From an uncultured delta proteobacterium (GTDB lineage: Bacteria; Desulfobacterota; Syntrophorhabdia; Syntrophorhabdales; WCHB1-27): 64,000 bases of DNA. The notes below the pieces were generated by a model that saw only the letters and a program-made list of their open reading frames with translations, ran no database searches and was not told the DNA's origin. Below are positions 10,322-18,966 of this stretch, piece by piece. The translations under genes and the position numbers were made by a program. Positions within the stretch are counted from its first letter, which is position 1. Every line of letters begins with the position of its first letter. The stretch lies in NCBI GenBank assembly GCA_963810935.1, contig CAWEPK010000016.1, positions 32,001 through 96,000 on the forward strand. Reading direction: 5' to 3'.

Positions 10322-11440
10322 TCAATTCCTTGGCGCAACGGGGGCCTTCTCGCCGGGCGGCCGGTCCATGTGGCCTTCCCGCCCGCTCTTCAGCAGCGGC
10401 AATCCGTCGTACGTGACCGATTCGAGGATGTTTTCCGCTTTCCTCACCGCAACCTGCGGGAGCGGCACATAGTGCAGCCGGCGGGCGTGTTTCTGCCCGT
10501 TGTGAATAGTCCACCAGAGCAGCCGGATCAGCTCTTCCGCCCTTTGCCTGCTCCTGCCGTCATAGTTCTGTTCCCTGAAAAGGGCGATCCACGTAAAGCT
10601 GCTGACGGGGTAGCCATCGGTCGCAGCCGTATTGGTCAAAGAGACGTTGGTGTCATCCGGGATCGAGTCCGTAACCGCGAGACCGATCGATCTGGTCGTA
10701 GGATCGACGAACCTGCCGGAATTGTTGCGCAGCGTCGCTATCGGCATGCCGTTGCCGAGCGCGTAGATCAATTCCAGGTAACCGATGGAGTTCGGGGTTT
10801 GCCGGAGCAGCCCGGCGACACCCGCGTTCGTTTTTGCCCCTTGCCCGACCGGCCACTTAAGCGAGTTGCCGAAACCGACCCGTTGCCTCCATTCCTGGCT
10901 CACCTTCGAAAGATATTCGCTGAAAATGAAAGTCGTCCCGCTGCCGTCCGTGCGATGTATCACGTGTATGGGGGAATCGGGCAGGCCCACGCCGGGGTTG
11001 AGGGCGGCGATCTTCGGATGGTTCCATACGGTGATTTTGCCGAGGAAGATATCGGAAAGGGTTGCGGAATCGAGCCGGAACCTGGGGTTCCCGGAAAGGT
11101 TATAGGCAACCGCTACCCCACCGAGACACGTAGGGATCTGAATGACTGCCGCATGGCCTGCCCCGTATAGGGGCCTTACGAATGCATCGCTCCCCGCGAA
11201 ATCGACACCGCGGTCGAGAAGCTTATCTACTCCGTCGCTCGAACCCACGCCTGCGTATTCGACCCGCACGTTGAACTGCTGCCGGTAAATATCGAAGATC
11301 GAGGAATAGAACGGTAGGGGAAAGGTCGCCCCCGCACCTTTAAGCTGCACCTGAACACCCCATGCTTGCCTGTGCAGTGAGACGGTCCCGCCAAGCACCA
11401 GCACAGCCAAAAAGACGAGATATAGCACCTTGTTTTTCAC
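10322..11440 (-). CDS. pstS: Phosphate ABC transporter substrate-binding protein PstS
   Basis: Signal peptide, GAGATFP, YAGVGSSDG, DFAGSD, RTDGSGTT, YPVSSFTW. GTG 11440 is preferred because ATG 11473 abuts the predicted -10. Confidence 0.93.
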   Translation of the reverse strand: MKNKVLYLVFLAVLVLGGTVSLHRQAWGVQVQLKGAGATFPLPFYSSIFDIYRQQFNVRVEYAGVGSSDGVDKLLDRGVDFAGSDAFVRPLYGAGHAAVIQIPTCLGGVAVAYNLSGNPRFRLDSATLSDIFLGKITVWNHPKIAALNPGVGLPDSPIHVIHRTDGSGTTFIFSEYLSKVSQEWRQRVGFGNSLKWPVGQGAKTNAGVAGLLRQTPNSIGYLELIYALGNGMPIATLRNNSGRFVDPTTRSIGLAVTDSIPDDTNVSLTNTAATDGYPVSSFTWIALFREQNYDGRSRQRAEELIRLLWWTIHNGQKHARRLHYVPLPQVAVRKAENILESVTYDGLPLLKSGREGHMDRPPGEKAPVAPRN

Positions 11441-11474
11441 TTGCCGCTCCCGTGAACGGAAATGTCGTCGCATA

Positions 11475-11529
11475 ATCGTAACCCGTCTTTGTTAATGCCG
11501 CATGACTGCATAGGCTAATAACAGGTTAA
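11475..11529 (-). promoter_or_regulatory. Pho-box-like repeats plus -10 element upstream of pstS
   Basis: Minus strand TTAAC / TTAGC / GTCAT / TTAAC at 11, 12, 11 nt spacing, then 10 nt, then TACGAT. Confidence 0.7.
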
Positions 11530-11623
11530 GATGTGAATCGCGGGATGGCAGCCGCAGAAGATGCAAAAAGCGAAAAGGACTACAAGGATGCCATAGAAGG
11601 ATTTCAAAAGGTAGTTGTTATCG

Positions 11624-12352
11624 TCATCTTCGAGAGATCTTGTCCGTAAGGATCATGTCTTTGAGCTCGATTTGCAAGGCCTGCTCCATGTCAAGATCGA
11701 GGGCCCGGTTCATTGCCAATTTTGCGAGCCTGTTCGCCAATTCAGGGTTCTCCGCCATCTTCTCCGCCATCGCTATGGCTTCGTCGAGCAGGCGGTCAAG
11801 AGGTACGACCCTGTTGACCAATCCCCACTTCTCCGCCTGATCGGCATCGATTATCGTGCCCAGCATGATCATTTCCTTCGCCCTTGCCATGCCGATTATA
11901 AGGGGAAGCAGCTTTGTAGCTCCGTTCCCGACCGCAGATCCTATGCGGGTCTCTGGAAAACCGAATTTTGCCCCCTCTGCCGCCAGGATGAGGTCGCAGT
12001 TCATGACCCACTCGCATCCTGCCCCCAAGGCATACCCCTGGACGGCCACAACAACGGGTTTCCCCATGCCCATGATTGCGCCGGTGACCTTCTGGAGGAG
12101 TTCGACGGCTGCAAGCTCCCTCTCCAGGGAATCTTTGCCCGTCTCTTCCGTGAGGTCATGACCCGAGCAAAATGCCCGGCCCTCCCCTCGAAAGACAGCA
12201 GCCCTCACTTCCGTGTCGGCATCGGCCTCCTTGAAGACTTCCGCCAGCTCCTGCGCCATAAGGGCGTTCTGGGCGTTAAGCTTCTCCGGTCTATTGAGAG
12301 TGATAACGCCAATGGGGCCTCTTTTCTCATACCTCACGGTCTTTTGATCCAT
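11624..12352 (-). CDS. Enoyl-CoA hydratase/isomerase (crotonase) family protein
   Basis: ITLNRPEKLNA, RAFCSGHDL, ALGAGCE, FGFPE, WGLVNRVVP. Confidence 0.92.
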   Translation of the reverse strand: MDQKTVRYEKRGPIGVITLNRPEKLNAQNALMAQELAEVFKEADADTEVRAAVFRGEGRAFCSGHDLTEETGKDSLERELAAVELLQKVTGAIMGMGKPVVVAVQGYALGAGCEWVMNCDLILAAEGAKFGFPETRIGSAVGNGATKLLPLIIGMARAKEMIMLGTIIDADQAEKWGLVNRVVPLDRLLDEAIAMAEKMAENPELANRLAKLAMNRALDLDMEQALQIELKDMILTDKISRR

Positions 12353-12414
12353 GCTCTTATTTTATCCCCCGAAGTGCGTTTTGTCGATCCTTCCTGTAAC
12401 CGGTCTTGCCGTGC

Positions 12415-12927
12415 TCAATGTGGAAGCTGCTGTTCCCAATATCCCACTATGCGGACAAACGATTGCAGGTGACCCACATCGCCGTCCCTGGCGGTAATCG
12501 TCCTTTTTCTGATTACCCCGCGGGGATTGTTCGATTCAAGGAGGGTCATCCTTATGTGCGTTTTCGAAATGTCCAAGTCGAGCACGTACGCAAGGTGGCC
12601 CGTACCGTTGCGGAGGTGGATCACCGCAACTTGTCCCTTCCTGGGCAGGTGCGACGTGATGATTTTCTTCTTGTCCGCAAGTGTGTGAAGCCCGAACGGC
12701 AGTCTTCCCCTGGTGAGCCACCTTACGTAGGCAACACAGTTCTTTGCATGCCGGGCGCTATAGTAACGGTCGCCGGCTTTGATTATAAGGATATCTTCCC
12801 GAATGCTGCCTTTCGCAAAACACGGCATGTGAACGGAGAGTGCGATAGCCATGAGAAGTATAGAGAGAAGGGCCTTCACATATAAACATGATGCCGGTTG
12901 ACGGACTCGACAACCCGCTGCATACAA
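12415..12927 (-). CDS. Secreted CHAP-domain-like protein (start uncertain)
   Basis: Hydrophobic leader, then NCVAYVR...GHLAYV...LLESN: Cys, His and Glu in CHAP order. Confidence 0.55.
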   Translation of the reverse strand: MYAAGCRVRQPASCLYVKALLSILLMAIALSVHMPCFAKGSIREDILIIKAGDRYYSARHAKNCVAYVRWLTRGRLPFGLHTLADKKKIITSHLPRKGQVAVIHLRNGTGHLAYVLDLDISKTHIRMTLLESNNPRGVIRKRTITARDGDVGHLQSFVRIVGYWEQQLPH

Positions 12928-13046
12928 GAGCTATATTGCCGGTTCTGCACAAGCACGGCGCGCGATCTATGAAGCAGGCGATTGCATTGGCCTGTCGAAG
13001 GCACGCCGCGCCGATGCCCCCACTTCGGATCGGCCCCTCCAAAGAA

Positions 13047-13238
13047 TTATACTTGCCAGCGGTCGATTTCTTTGTCGGCTTCTTCCTTGGAGTAACCATA
13101 TCTCTGTTACAGCTTCCCGACCAGTTGATCTTCCTTGCCTGCAATCACTTCCAGGTCGTCATCCGTTAATTTACCCCATTGCTCTCTTACCGTGCCCTTC
13201 ATGGTTTTCCAGCTACCCGATACCTGGTCCCAATTCAT
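13047..13238 (-). pseudogene. CsbD/YjbJ-family stress protein with an in-frame TAA at codon 44
   Basis: Not in the ORF track: MNWDQVSGSWKTMKGTVREQWGKLTDDDLEVIAGKEDQLVGKL*QRYGYSKEEADKEIDRWQV. Good GGAGG RBS. Confidence 0.85.
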
Positions 13239-13429
13239 GCGTTCGTCCTCCTTTTTTCTTCGGCCCACATATACGGCCGTCTTCAGGGCCGTAGTAATAG
13301 CGGTGCCATCAGAATAATCGACAGGGTGAGTCGACAGCTCTTCTTCTCGTGCGTGCAGCCGGTTGACTCACCCTGTTCTTTACCCGTTTGGTATCATATC
13401 GATAGCCGTACCTCGGCGCGGTGGTGCTT

Positions 13430-13807
13430 TTACTCGGTCCCGGAAGCAGCACCAGAAGTGGACATCTTCTCGCCGGTACTACCGGCCGTGCCCGGCGCCA
13501 TCCCTGCCACGCGGAGGTTAGTCTTTACCGATTTGACGCCCTTCGTATCCCGTGCCATCTGGATCAAACGCTGCTGTGCGGCCATGTCCGGCACCTGCCC
13601 GGAGAGCGTTACGTTCCCCTGATACGTGGCGACGTCGATGGCCAGCGTCTTGAGGTCGGGGTCCTTAACTATCTTGGCTTTTATGTCACTCGTTATAACC
13701 GAGTCATCGAGGTTCTGACCGGCCGTCTCGCCCGACATGTGGCTACAGCCCGCAACGGTAGTTGATGCAAAAGCGAACACGGCAATAAGAATCAGTAAGC
13801 GACGCAT
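13430..13807 (-). CDS. BON-domain (OsmY-like) lipoprotein
   Basis: Lipobox VAGC; DDSVITSDIKAKI...IDVATYQGNVTLSG...GVKSVKTNL. Confidence 0.9.
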   Translation of the reverse strand: MRRLLILIAVFAFASTTVAGCSHMSGETAGQNLDDSVITSDIKAKIVKDPDLKTLAIDVATYQGNVTLSGQVPDMAAQQRLIQMARDTKGVKSVKTNLRVAGMAPGTAGSTGEKMSTSGAASGTE

Positions 13808-14034
13808 GATCACGTACCTCCTTTGTTTGTAAGATATATTCGTCTGGCCTCTATGACGGTTATCTAAGCCCAAACATAAGTACCGGGATGCCGGCGCGTG
13901 TCTTCAATGCCGCTATGGCTTCGTTAATCGACAGCCTGTTCCTCTTGCCACGATATTTCACCTTGATCGTTATAAACCCGGGGCAGCGATTGCGTTCATT
14001 GATTTCGGGCCGCTCCGGGCTGCTTAAGCAACCT

Positions 14035-14208
14035 TCAGGCTACCGGGGGCGTTCCGCGCCTTCCGAAGACCAGCGAGACAACAAACAGAATGAGGAAAAC
14101 GATGAACAGCACCTTAGCTATCCATGCCGCAGTACCTGCAATCACGCCGAAACCGAAAACGGCAGCTATTATAGCTACAACCAGGAAAACGATAGCCCAG
14201 TAAAGCAT
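14035..14208 (-). CDS. DUF1328 (YtjA-like) small membrane protein
   Basis: [51 protein letters not shown]. Confidence 0.92.
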   Translation of the reverse strand: MLYWAIVFLVVAIIAAVFGFGVIAGTAAWIAKVLFIVFLILFVVSLVFGRRGTPPVA

Positions 14209-14333
14209 GAGCACCTCCTCGCTGTCAGTCCTTAGCGTTAACATAGGTATAAATGTGGATGTGTCAACCAATGGCCGGACTTACAGGCGCCTACTTAAAA
14301 CATAAACGGAGGAGCCTCATCCAAGCTATGTTC

Positions 14334-14729
14334 CTATCTTCCAGCGCCCGCACCGCCTGCGCCGCTTCCGTAGCCGCCGCCTGCGCCGCCCGTGCCCGTA
14401 CCTCCGTAACCGCCCGCACTGCCGCCTATACCGCCCGACTGGCCTCCGGCTCCCATCGGAGTGCCGAGGCCGCCGTAGCCGCCCGGCTGGCCGGGCGCGC
14501 TTGTCCCGCCATAGTTGCCGGGGGCACCCGGCTGTCCGGGCTGGCCCGGCCCTGTGTACGAAGCGCCGCCGCCCATAGAGCTTCCGGGCGGCGCGGACGG
14601 CAACGGTGCGCCTGCACCGCCTGCGCCTCCCGCGCTTCCGCCGACGCCCTGGGCCATCGCAATATCAAAGACGGCTAAGGGTAAGCAAATAAAAAGCCCT
14701 AGAAGACAGCCCGTAAAAACTCTTCTCAT
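14334..14729 (-). CDS. Small secreted glycine-rich low-complexity protein
   Basis: Signal peptide (…AMA|Q), then G/P/S/A-rich sequence with PGQPG and YGG repeats. AGGAGG RBS. Confidence 0.65.
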   Translation of the reverse strand: MRRVFTGCLLGLFICLPLAVFDIAMAQGVGGSAGGAGGAGAPLPSAPPGSSMGGGASYTGPGQPGQPGAPGNYGGTSAPGQPGGYGGLGTPMGAGGQSGGIGGSAGGYGGTGTGGAGGGYGSGAGGAGAGR

Positions 14730-14916
14730 CCCGCACCTCCTCGTTGCAATCGTCCGTTGTCGAAATTGTCGCCTTAATTCTATAGGTAAACATCCGTCGC
14801 ATTATGTCAATTCAGGGCTGATAAGGCACTGGGCAGGATTGGAGGGGGAAGGCAACGTAAAGATTTTGCGTGATAAAAAAATGCCACGTGTGCAATAATA
14901 TGCAGTCGGCGAAAAT

Positions 14917-16021
14917 ATGGAAAGAGACGAGAAAAAGACGCCATCGACCGCAACCGGCGCGAAGAAGCCCGGAGGCATCATCTGGCAGGACGCCGGGGCG
15001 CGGACCTTACGGGCCGATTTAACGGAAGGCTCGACGGGCCGGGAAGAGATAAGCCTGACTTTCGGCGTAGGGCGGCCCTCGCCTGAGGATGCCGGAGAGT
15101 CTGACCGGAGAACTCCTCGCACGTATAGTGATGACGCCTTTCATGGCCAAACGGCTGGCCTTCGCCCTGTATGCCACCCTGCAACGTCATGAGTCGCTCC
15201 ACGGCCCTATCTGGCCTGACGCAAGGGGCGGAAATCACCGGGCGCCGGAAAAAACGATGCGGGAAAAGAGCCTGCTCCTGGGACTCGTCAACGAGTTCCG
15301 GGTCGATCTCGGCTCGGAGCGTTCCTTCAAGGTTTTCAAGGGCATTGTCCTGACCGACCGTTTCCTCCTGTCTGTACCCGCTGGAGCGGTGCCCAGGGAG
15401 AAGATTCTCGATGTCTGCCGGAGGCTCGGCCTGCCCGACCCTTTTTGGGCGCCCCTACTGCAAAACCTCCCGGACGCGAAGTTCATCCATTTCGGGTTCG
15501 AGGATAACGAGAAATCGTCGGTCTACAAGGTCTACCTGGAGCTTCATTTCAAGAGCCGCCATTATCCCTTCCTTATCTATATAGGCTTTAAATGGGATAC
15601 CGCTGACACGGCCAGGCACGCCCTTGCGCGATATACCTGCTACCCCTCGTTCACGACAAAGGACATCATGGAGAAATTGTCCCTTGCCTTCGCGGGACCG
15701 GACGCGGAAGAATCCGCCGGGATCGCGCAGGGTATCGTAGGGGCAGCCGTGAAGGTCGCCCCGGAGATCTTTTACGTCGAAACGACTGAGGATGGGAACC
15801 CGAGAAAATCTTTCGACATGAACCTGTACGACGCGGCCCTCACGCTCGGGTCGATTGAGCCTTTGCTTATGCGAATGGGCGAGCATTACGGTCTCCCCCG
15901 GGAACAGTTCGCTGCGTTTGTCGACGACGTCAGGGCCAAGAGGCTGGGCCACCTGACCGGAGGCATCGACAGAGAAGGGCGTGATTTCTTTACCGTCCAT
16001 TTCGGGGTGGAGGAGTGTTGA
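14917..16021 (+). CDS. DUF3467-like N-terminal domain fused to an uncharacterised enzyme-like domain; 1-nt insertion near 15100
   Basis: Joining ORFs 14917 and 15089 gives IIWQD...STGREEISLTFG...LLARIVMTPFMAKRL...HESLHGPI, collinear with the stand-alone DUF3467 at 25834-26157. Confidence 0.75.
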
Positions 16022-16980
16022 CCGCAGGGGAGCGAGGTCTGGAAGGGCGTACGGGGCAGGGCAGGGAATCGACCGGCCCGGCGAGCGGACCCACGGTCAA
16101 GCTCGCGACGTACACGGTCATCCCTCTCTGGTACGGGTGCAACAACAACTGCGTCATATGTATGCTCGGGCCCGTCAAAGCGAAGCTGCGCACGGTAGAC
16201 CGGGACCTCTTCAAGCGGCTGGTCATAGGCATCGCGGGCGGAGACACGTGCAGGCGGCTGATCCTTTCGGGGGCGGAGGTAACGACCTTCGATGACCTGG
16301 AGGACTACGTCAGGTTTGCTGCGGGCATGGGCTGGTTCGAGACAATACAGATACAGACGAACGGGAGGAAGCTTGCCGACCCGGCTTATCTTCGCAGGCT
16401 CATAGAAGCGGGCGTCAACGAGTTCTTCATAAGCCTGCACGGCCCGAAAGACGCACACGACGCCATTTCGCGCGTCCCCGGCTCCTATGAAGAGACGATG
16501 GAAGGCATTCATAATTTGGCGGACTACCCGGTGAAGGTGCTTACGAACACGGTCCTGACGCGCCTGAATTATCCGTACCTGCCAGGCTTTTTTTCCGCGG
16601 TAGCGGCCGGCGGTGTTAGCGAGATGCACCTCTGGAACTTTTTCCCGATGGACGAAAGGGATGAAAAGGACCTGGTTGTACCCTTAAGCGACCTTATGCG
16701 GCTGATCGACAAAGTGGTCCCGCTTCTTGCGTCCAGCCGTAAACCGTTGGTGCTCAAGGCTTTTCCTGAATGTCTTCCCGTCCACGACCCGGTTTTTATC
16801 GACAACAACTTTCCCGCAGTCCTTATACCCGATGCTTTCTGGGGTTGCCTGGAAAAAAGCGGGTTCGGCTCCTGTATTTACAGGGAATCGTGCATGGCGA
16901 AGACGTGCTGGGGCCTTTCGCGGCCATACATCGCAAAATTCGGCGACGAGAGAAACATCCTGTCCCCGGTCGCACGATGA
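16015..16980 (+). CDS. Radical SAM enzyme with a C-terminal Cys cluster
   Basis: CNNNCVIC (CxxxCxxC), LSGAEVT, IQTNG, ISLHG...HDAI; C-terminal CIYRESCMAKTCWG. Confidence 0.9.
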   Translation: MLTAGERGLEGRTGQGRESTGPASGPTVKLATYTVIPLWYGCNNNCVICMLGPVKAKLRTVDRDLFKRLVIGIAGGDTCRRLILSGAEVTTFDDLEDYVRFAAGMGWFETIQIQTNGRKLADPAYLRRLIEAGVNEFFISLHGPKDAHDAISRVPGSYEETMEGIHNLADYPVKVLTNTVLTRLNYPYLPGFFSAVAAGGVSEMHLWNFFPMDERDEKDLVVPLSDLMRLIDKVVPLLASSRKPLVLKAFPECLPVHDPVFIDNNFPAVLIPDAFWGCLEKSGFGSCIYRESCMAKTCWGLSRPYIAKFGDERNILSPVAR

Positions 16981-16995
16981 CACGAAAAGCGCGCC

Positions 16996-17022
16996 GGACG
17001 TCCCGGCTTTCGCCGGGGTGAA
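16996..17022. repeat. Degenerate REP-like half element
   Basis: GGACGTCCCGGCTTTCGCCGGGGTGAA; the hairpin and 3' end resemble the right arm of the 4592-4692 element. Confidence 0.45.
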
Positions 17023-17028
17023 TGAACC

Positions 17029-17904
17029 ATGAAAGAGACATCGCGTTTCACGCCGGAATATGCGACTAAGGACGACAAGTTTACCAACTACGCCCTCTGG
17101 CCGTATGAGCCGGCCCTCGCCTTCGAGGGGAAGCTCAGGTCGATAAACCTGCTTTTTCAGTCGTTCGAGGTTGCCGGCGCGGATGACTCGATGTTCCGGC
17201 TTATCCGGCGCATAAGAGAGGCGGCGGGCATCGGCAATACGGTATACGGGGTCAAGCAGGCAGGCGGTGGCCTGAAGTGGGAGCTTTACTTTTACGACTA
17301 CGAAAGGAGCAGGAGGCAGAGGTCCATGTCCCTGGTCCTCGATGCCATAAAGCCCGTCGCGGCGAGCCGCGTTGTGCCCAACGAAAGTCTCCTCTATTTC
17401 ATGTTCTCCATGGATGTCGACAACGCGCTGGCCGCAGGAAAGAGAGACCTCGAAGAGCTGCACATGTATATCGGGAATCCGGGCAGCGTGGTTTCGTCGG
17501 GCATCTGTTATTCCGTCACCGAAAGCGGGAACAGGCTCGAGAATCTTTATTACTTTTTCGATGCCCGAAGGCAGCTCGATGAAGTCTATGCGAAGGCAGC
17601 CTGCTCGGCCCACGTCGATATGACGAAGATCGGAATCGATGCCATCGTCCGTCCTGAGTACAGAGATTGCAGGACGATCTGCATTGCCAACAAACAGGGC
17701 AGCGATTGCATCTACTTCGCCGGAGTGAGCATCGATGCCTTCATCTCTTTCCTGAAAGAGTTCGGCTACCCTGAAGAGACCGTTTCATTCGTCGAAAAAA
17801 ACAGGCCGATGCTCGACCACCTGGAATACGACGTGGGGTTCGACTACAGGATGGAGAGGGACGGCCTCAAGGTCCTCAAAAGCGGCTACTATGGAATATT
17901 CTGA
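17029..17904 (+). CDS. Uncharacterised soluble protein in the radical SAM/methyltransferase cassette
   Basis: 291-aa ORF overlapping the next gene, with aromatic-rich beta-strand-like segments (WELYFYDY, LENLYYFFD, YDVGFDY). Confidence 0.75.
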   Translation: MKETSRFTPEYATKDDKFTNYALWPYEPALAFEGKLRSINLLFQSFEVAGADDSMFRLIRRIREAAGIGNTVYGVKQAGGGLKWELYFYDYERSRRQRSMSLVLDAIKPVAASRVVPNESLLYFMFSMDVDNALAAGKRDLEELHMYIGNPGSVVSSGICYSVTESGNRLENLYYFFDARRQLDEVYAKAACSAHVDMTKIGIDAIVRPEYRDCRTICIANKQGSDCIYFAGVSIDAFISFLKEFGYPEETVSFVEKNRPMLDHLEYDVGFDYRMERDGLKVLKSGYYGIF

Positions 17905-18922
17905 GGAAAGGGATTACCTGCGCGTCGATTCTTTTATGGCCGGCGTCGTCGAGGCGGGGGCCGTGGCGTGCGCTCTCGAGACGGGCCTGATAGACCATCT
18001 CCTCGACCACGGGCCTGCCACGCAGGCAGAGATAGAAGAACGCCTGTCTATCGACGCGCCGGGCGCGGACATGCTGCTCGGCCTTTTGAAAGCGAACGGA
18101 GTGGTGAGCGAGAAGGACGGCAGAATAGGCCTGACAGCCGGGTTCGCCGACACCCTCCGATATCGCGGTCTTATGGAGACCAAGCTGGAATTTGCGCGCC
18201 TTGTCCTCTCCGATTTTACGGACCTTTTCGGCGCGCTTATCACCGACCCCGGCCGGTTCGTCCGCTCCTCCCGTACGTTCGAGCTTTTCTCCTACGGCCG
18301 CGCATTGGAATATACCCCGGAGAATTACGAGGCTACGCGGCGATGGGTGCGCTTCACGACGGCCCTTACGCGCTGCGAGGCCGCATCCTGCATAGCCCGG
18401 TACGATTTCGGCCGCCATCGCAGTATGCTCGATGTAGGCGGCAACAGCGGCGAGTTCGGCCTTCAGGTCCGTAAGAGACACGCTGGGCTGAAGGTCAGCG
18501 TTTTCGATCTGCCGCTCGTATGCGATATAGGCAGACAGCACGTAGCACAGGAGCCGGAGGCCGGGCGGATAAGCTTTATCGAAGGAAACGCCTTTGCCGA
18601 TCCGCTGCCGCCTTCCTTCGATCTAATTTCCTTCAAATCGATGCTGCACGACTGGCCGGACAAGGAGGCGTACTTTCTGCTCGAAAAGGCAGCCGCGGCG
18701 CTCGAGCCGGGGGGCTCCCTAATGATATTCGAGCGGGGCCGCCTGCCTTCGGGCCAAACGCTGCCTTATGCCTCCATCCCTATCCTGCTTTTCTTCAGGT
18801 ATTTCCGTGAACCGGGGTTTTACGAAGAGAGTCTGTCGGTCCTTGGACTTCACGACGTCGGGGTGACGGAGATAATGCTCGACTCGCCCTTTTACCTCAT
18901 TACGGGGACGAAAAAGAAATAA
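17891..18922 (+). CDS. SAM-dependent O-methyltransferase (Methyltransf_2 type with N-terminal dimerisation HTH)
   Basis: MLDVGGNSG, VFDLP, EGNAF, SMLHDW, LEPGG. Confidence 0.9.
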   Translation: MEYSEERDYLRVDSFMAGVVEAGAVACALETGLIDHLLDHGPATQAEIEERLSIDAPGADMLLGLLKANGVVSEKDGRIGLTAGFADTLRYRGLMETKLEFARLVLSDFTDLFGALITDPGRFVRSSRTFELFSYGRALEYTPENYEATRRWVRFTTALTRCEAASCIARYDFGRHRSMLDVGGNSGEFGLQVRKRHAGLKVSVFDLPLVCDIGRQHVAQEPEAGRISFIEGNAFADPLPPSFDLISFKSMLHDWPDKEAYFLLEKAAAALEPGGSLMIFERGRLPSGQTLPYASIPILLFFRYFREPGFYEESLSVLGLHDVGVTEIMLDSPFYLITGTKKK

Positions 18923-18966
18923 AAGAGCGGAGACAGGGGGCAGGCCCGGCTAATCGCCCGGCAGGG

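Noticed and set aside
8174..11170. Long plus-strand ORFs opposite the kinase and pstS
   Set aside because: GC-rich antisense frames with no motifs.
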